DNA of 64,000 nt, taken from NCBI RefSeq assembly GCF_009914755.1, contig NC_060928.1. One strand, given 5' to 3'. This DNA is from the human T2T-CHM13v2.0 reference genome, Homo sapiens. A program made the position numbers and the translations under genes. Under the pieces are notes generated by a model. The model did no database searches. It saw only the letters and a list, made by a program, of their open reading frames with translations, and was not told where the DNA came from. Shown piece by piece: positions 61,502 to 64,000 of the stretch (the stretch's first letter is position 1; each line of letters begins with the position of its first letter).

Positions 61502-61730
61502 TTTTTGTTTTTTGTTTTTTTTTTTTAAAGAGACAGTGTCTCACTGTGTTGCACAGGCTGTAGTGCAAGGCTGTGATCATAGCTCACTATAGTGTTGAAC
61601 TCCTAGGATCAAGGGATTGTCCCCCCGAGTCTCTCAAGCAGCTGGGACTAAGGGCATGCTCCACCACGTGGAGCTAATATTTTTAAATATTTTTATAGAG
61701 ATGAAGGTCTTGGTATATCATCCAGGCTGA
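61502..61730 (-). mobile_element. Truncated AluJ-type element inside an L1M 3' fragment (~61080-61800)
   Basis: Right arm plus part of the left arm; ACTGTACAC/TTGTACAC-like flanks. Confidence 0.8.
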
Positions 61731-62739
61731 TAATCAACTCAACTGTACACCTGAAATATGTGTAGTTTATAGCATGCCAATTATGTTTCAATAGAACGTT
61801 AAAAATGACTTAAAGTCTGGATCTACTTTTTAAAGGAAAACATAAAGTTTGGCAACCCTATATTGACTCCACCATGCCTTGGGAAAGGCAGCCCGCATCA
61901 GTGGCAGGAAATATTGGTAAGCAATAAACATCATCTCTATATGAGTCAACAGAAATGTTAGAGGGGTGACAAAAGCCACAGCCCTGGACTATGAGATCTC
62001 TCATTTCTCTATTTTCATTTTCTTGACTGTGCAGCAATGGCCTTGAGGTCATTACATGAGTAAACAAAACCTTATTTGCTCTGACAGTTATGTCAGTTCC
62101 AGGAAAAACACCAGCATGGAGTGCACCCACCCATGCTCATAGCCTTAGCCACTGAAACACCTATGGAGACACTGCAGAAGAGGTACCATTCTCGACCTTG
62201 ATGCAGTCTCCTCCAGACCTTATTAATCACACTCAGTGTTTCTGCGCCAATTATGGTTTCAGCCTGGCCTCTTAACAAATGACACCAGAAACTTGAGTTT
62301 TGGACATCCAGGCACATGGTTCCTCTGCAGTGCCTGGAGTCTTCTCAGGGGTGCTAGGAGTTATGTGACATCCCCCGAGAAAAAGGGATTCATCCTTCTC
62401 CCCAGAGTCCTACAGGATGTCACAACAACTTTCCCCTCCTCAGGGTGAACTCTGAGCCTACAAAGAAATCCTGGCATTCAGGCCACAAATTAGGATCACA
62501 AAGTGAAATACTCTTTCCTAGGTGGGTTTTGACAGCAAAGCAAATTAGACCAAAATTGGAAGAAGAGAAAATTATTTGCAAATTGCCGGTAATACCCAGG
62601 CTAGAGCAATCTTCTTAGACAAGATTGGGTCAGGATCGTGCCTTAACTAGTCAGAGAGGAAGGAATGACATTCCCCTAAGGGCACAGACTATTTGTGATT
62701 TTCTCCAGGGAATGAGAGAGAGAACAGAAACATCTGCTT

Positions 62740-64000
62740 TCCTTTATTACACTGAGGTGACTAATACACACTATGGGGAACCTGTCAGGTGGTAGAGGTG
62801 AAATGGCTTATGCCACAGAAACTGGCAGTGACCTAAATCTGGCAAGGGTCCTGGCCTGCGCAGGTTAGAAAGTACAACGCAGCTCCTTAAAGCTTCCCAC
62901 TTACCTGGAATTTGTGGGGAACCTCTCCACTGTGGATGTTCAGATGTATGGAGTTCGATGCCTCCTTTACATTCACAGAGGCTTTCCTCCTGAGTTGTTA
63001 TAGTGAATATGGAAGCCTTTCTCCAGCATGCACTCTCCAGTGTTGATTGAGTCCAGGGCTTTCTGTTGAAGGGATTTCCCATATTTACCAAATTCACAGG
63101 GCTTTGCTCCAGTGTGAACGCTCTGTGATTAACTAAGGATGGAGCTCTGGCTAAAGGACATCCTATATTCACCATACACATGAGGCCTAGCTCTAGTGTG
63201 AATTCTCTAGTGTTCAATGAAGACAGAGCTTTGGCTAAAGAAATTCTCCACATTCACCACACTCATAAGTCTTTCTCCAGCGTGAATTATCCAGTGACAA
63301 ATGAGATTGGAGTTTTGGCTAAATAATTTCCCACATTTGCCACACTCCTAAGGCCTTTTCTCCATTGTGAATTCCCTGATGTTGAACAAGTTTGTATTTG
63401 TACCTGAAAGCTTTCCTGGTTCACTGCACTTGTAATGACTTTTTCTGCTGTGAAAGGCCTCCCCACATTTGGTGCTGATGTGTGGCTTCAATCCAGTTGT
63501 GAGTGGCCTATGTTGGAGAAGGTACAGTTGCCAGGAAAATCCTTCCCAACTTTCCCACAGGCGAAAGGCCTTCCTGACACTTAAAATCTGCAGCCTTTCA
63601 CAGAGAAAGCATTGTCCACGTCTCTATTCCATTGTGTTCCTTCTGGTGCTGGTGCATGTTTGCACTAAACCAGAATTGTGTCCCACATGCCTCACAAGTG
63701 TACTATTTCTGCCCAGATAGCGTTCCTTGTTGCTCAGCCAGATACAAAATGTCCCTTAAGACCAGAACACACATCTCACAGGGATGAGCCTTCTGGATGA
63801 ATGGACCTAGCTGTGACACTTTCTACTGAAACACTTCACTGAGGGTGTCTGCTTTCCCTTTGCTCCACACCAACAACCTGGCGAGGTTATATAGGCAAAG
63901 TTCTCTGCATCACGGGGCACAGCTCTCAGGCTCATCAAGGAAACTCCATTCCTCTCAGAAGTCATTAAAGGTCGGCTATGTTCATAAAGATCATACTGAG
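62740..64000 (-). pseudogene. Decayed processed KRAB-C2H2 zinc-finger pseudogene (continues past the window edge)
   Basis: Minus strand reads KRAB-A remnants (EEWSFLDE...ENFAYITSPG) joined directly to CWCGA...[25 protein letters not shown], then ~84-nt finger repeats (CGKCGKLFSQNSNLICHWIIHAGE, HTGAKP) with stops and frameshifts. Confidence 0.85.

Noticed and set aside
62771-63253. 160-aa ORF as a functional zinc-finger gene
   Set aside because: It is out of frame with the finger array; the finger frame has stops and lost Cys/His residues.

Overview
Human (primate) genomic DNA. The window holds the complete HPGD gene (NAD+-dependent 15-hydroxyprostaglandin dehydrogenase, SDR family) on the minus strand. 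Its 7 coding exons (93+124+107+97+77+164+139 = 801 nt, 266 aa + stop) have GT-AG introns, a CpG-island promoter at ~45.8-46.4 kb and a ~1.8-kb 3'UTR ending near 13.9 kb. The rest is mostly transposon-derived: two large L1s, about 20 Alus, two HERV-H solo LTRs (LTR7Y-like and LTR7), MaLR/THE1 LTRs, MER82, MER85, MER58 and Tigger4-type DNA elements. A decayed processed KRAB zinc-finger pseudogene runs off the right edge. Nearly all other ORFs in the track are repeat-derived or random. I see no convincing new multi-gene system. The best leads are the two same-orientation LTR7s bracketing HPGD exons 3-7, a MER85 in intron 3, a templated insertion inside the L1, a perfect 3x43-bp tandem repeat and several nested-insertion oddities. 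Repeat subfamily names are from memory of consensus sequences and need RepeatMasker/Dfam confirmation.
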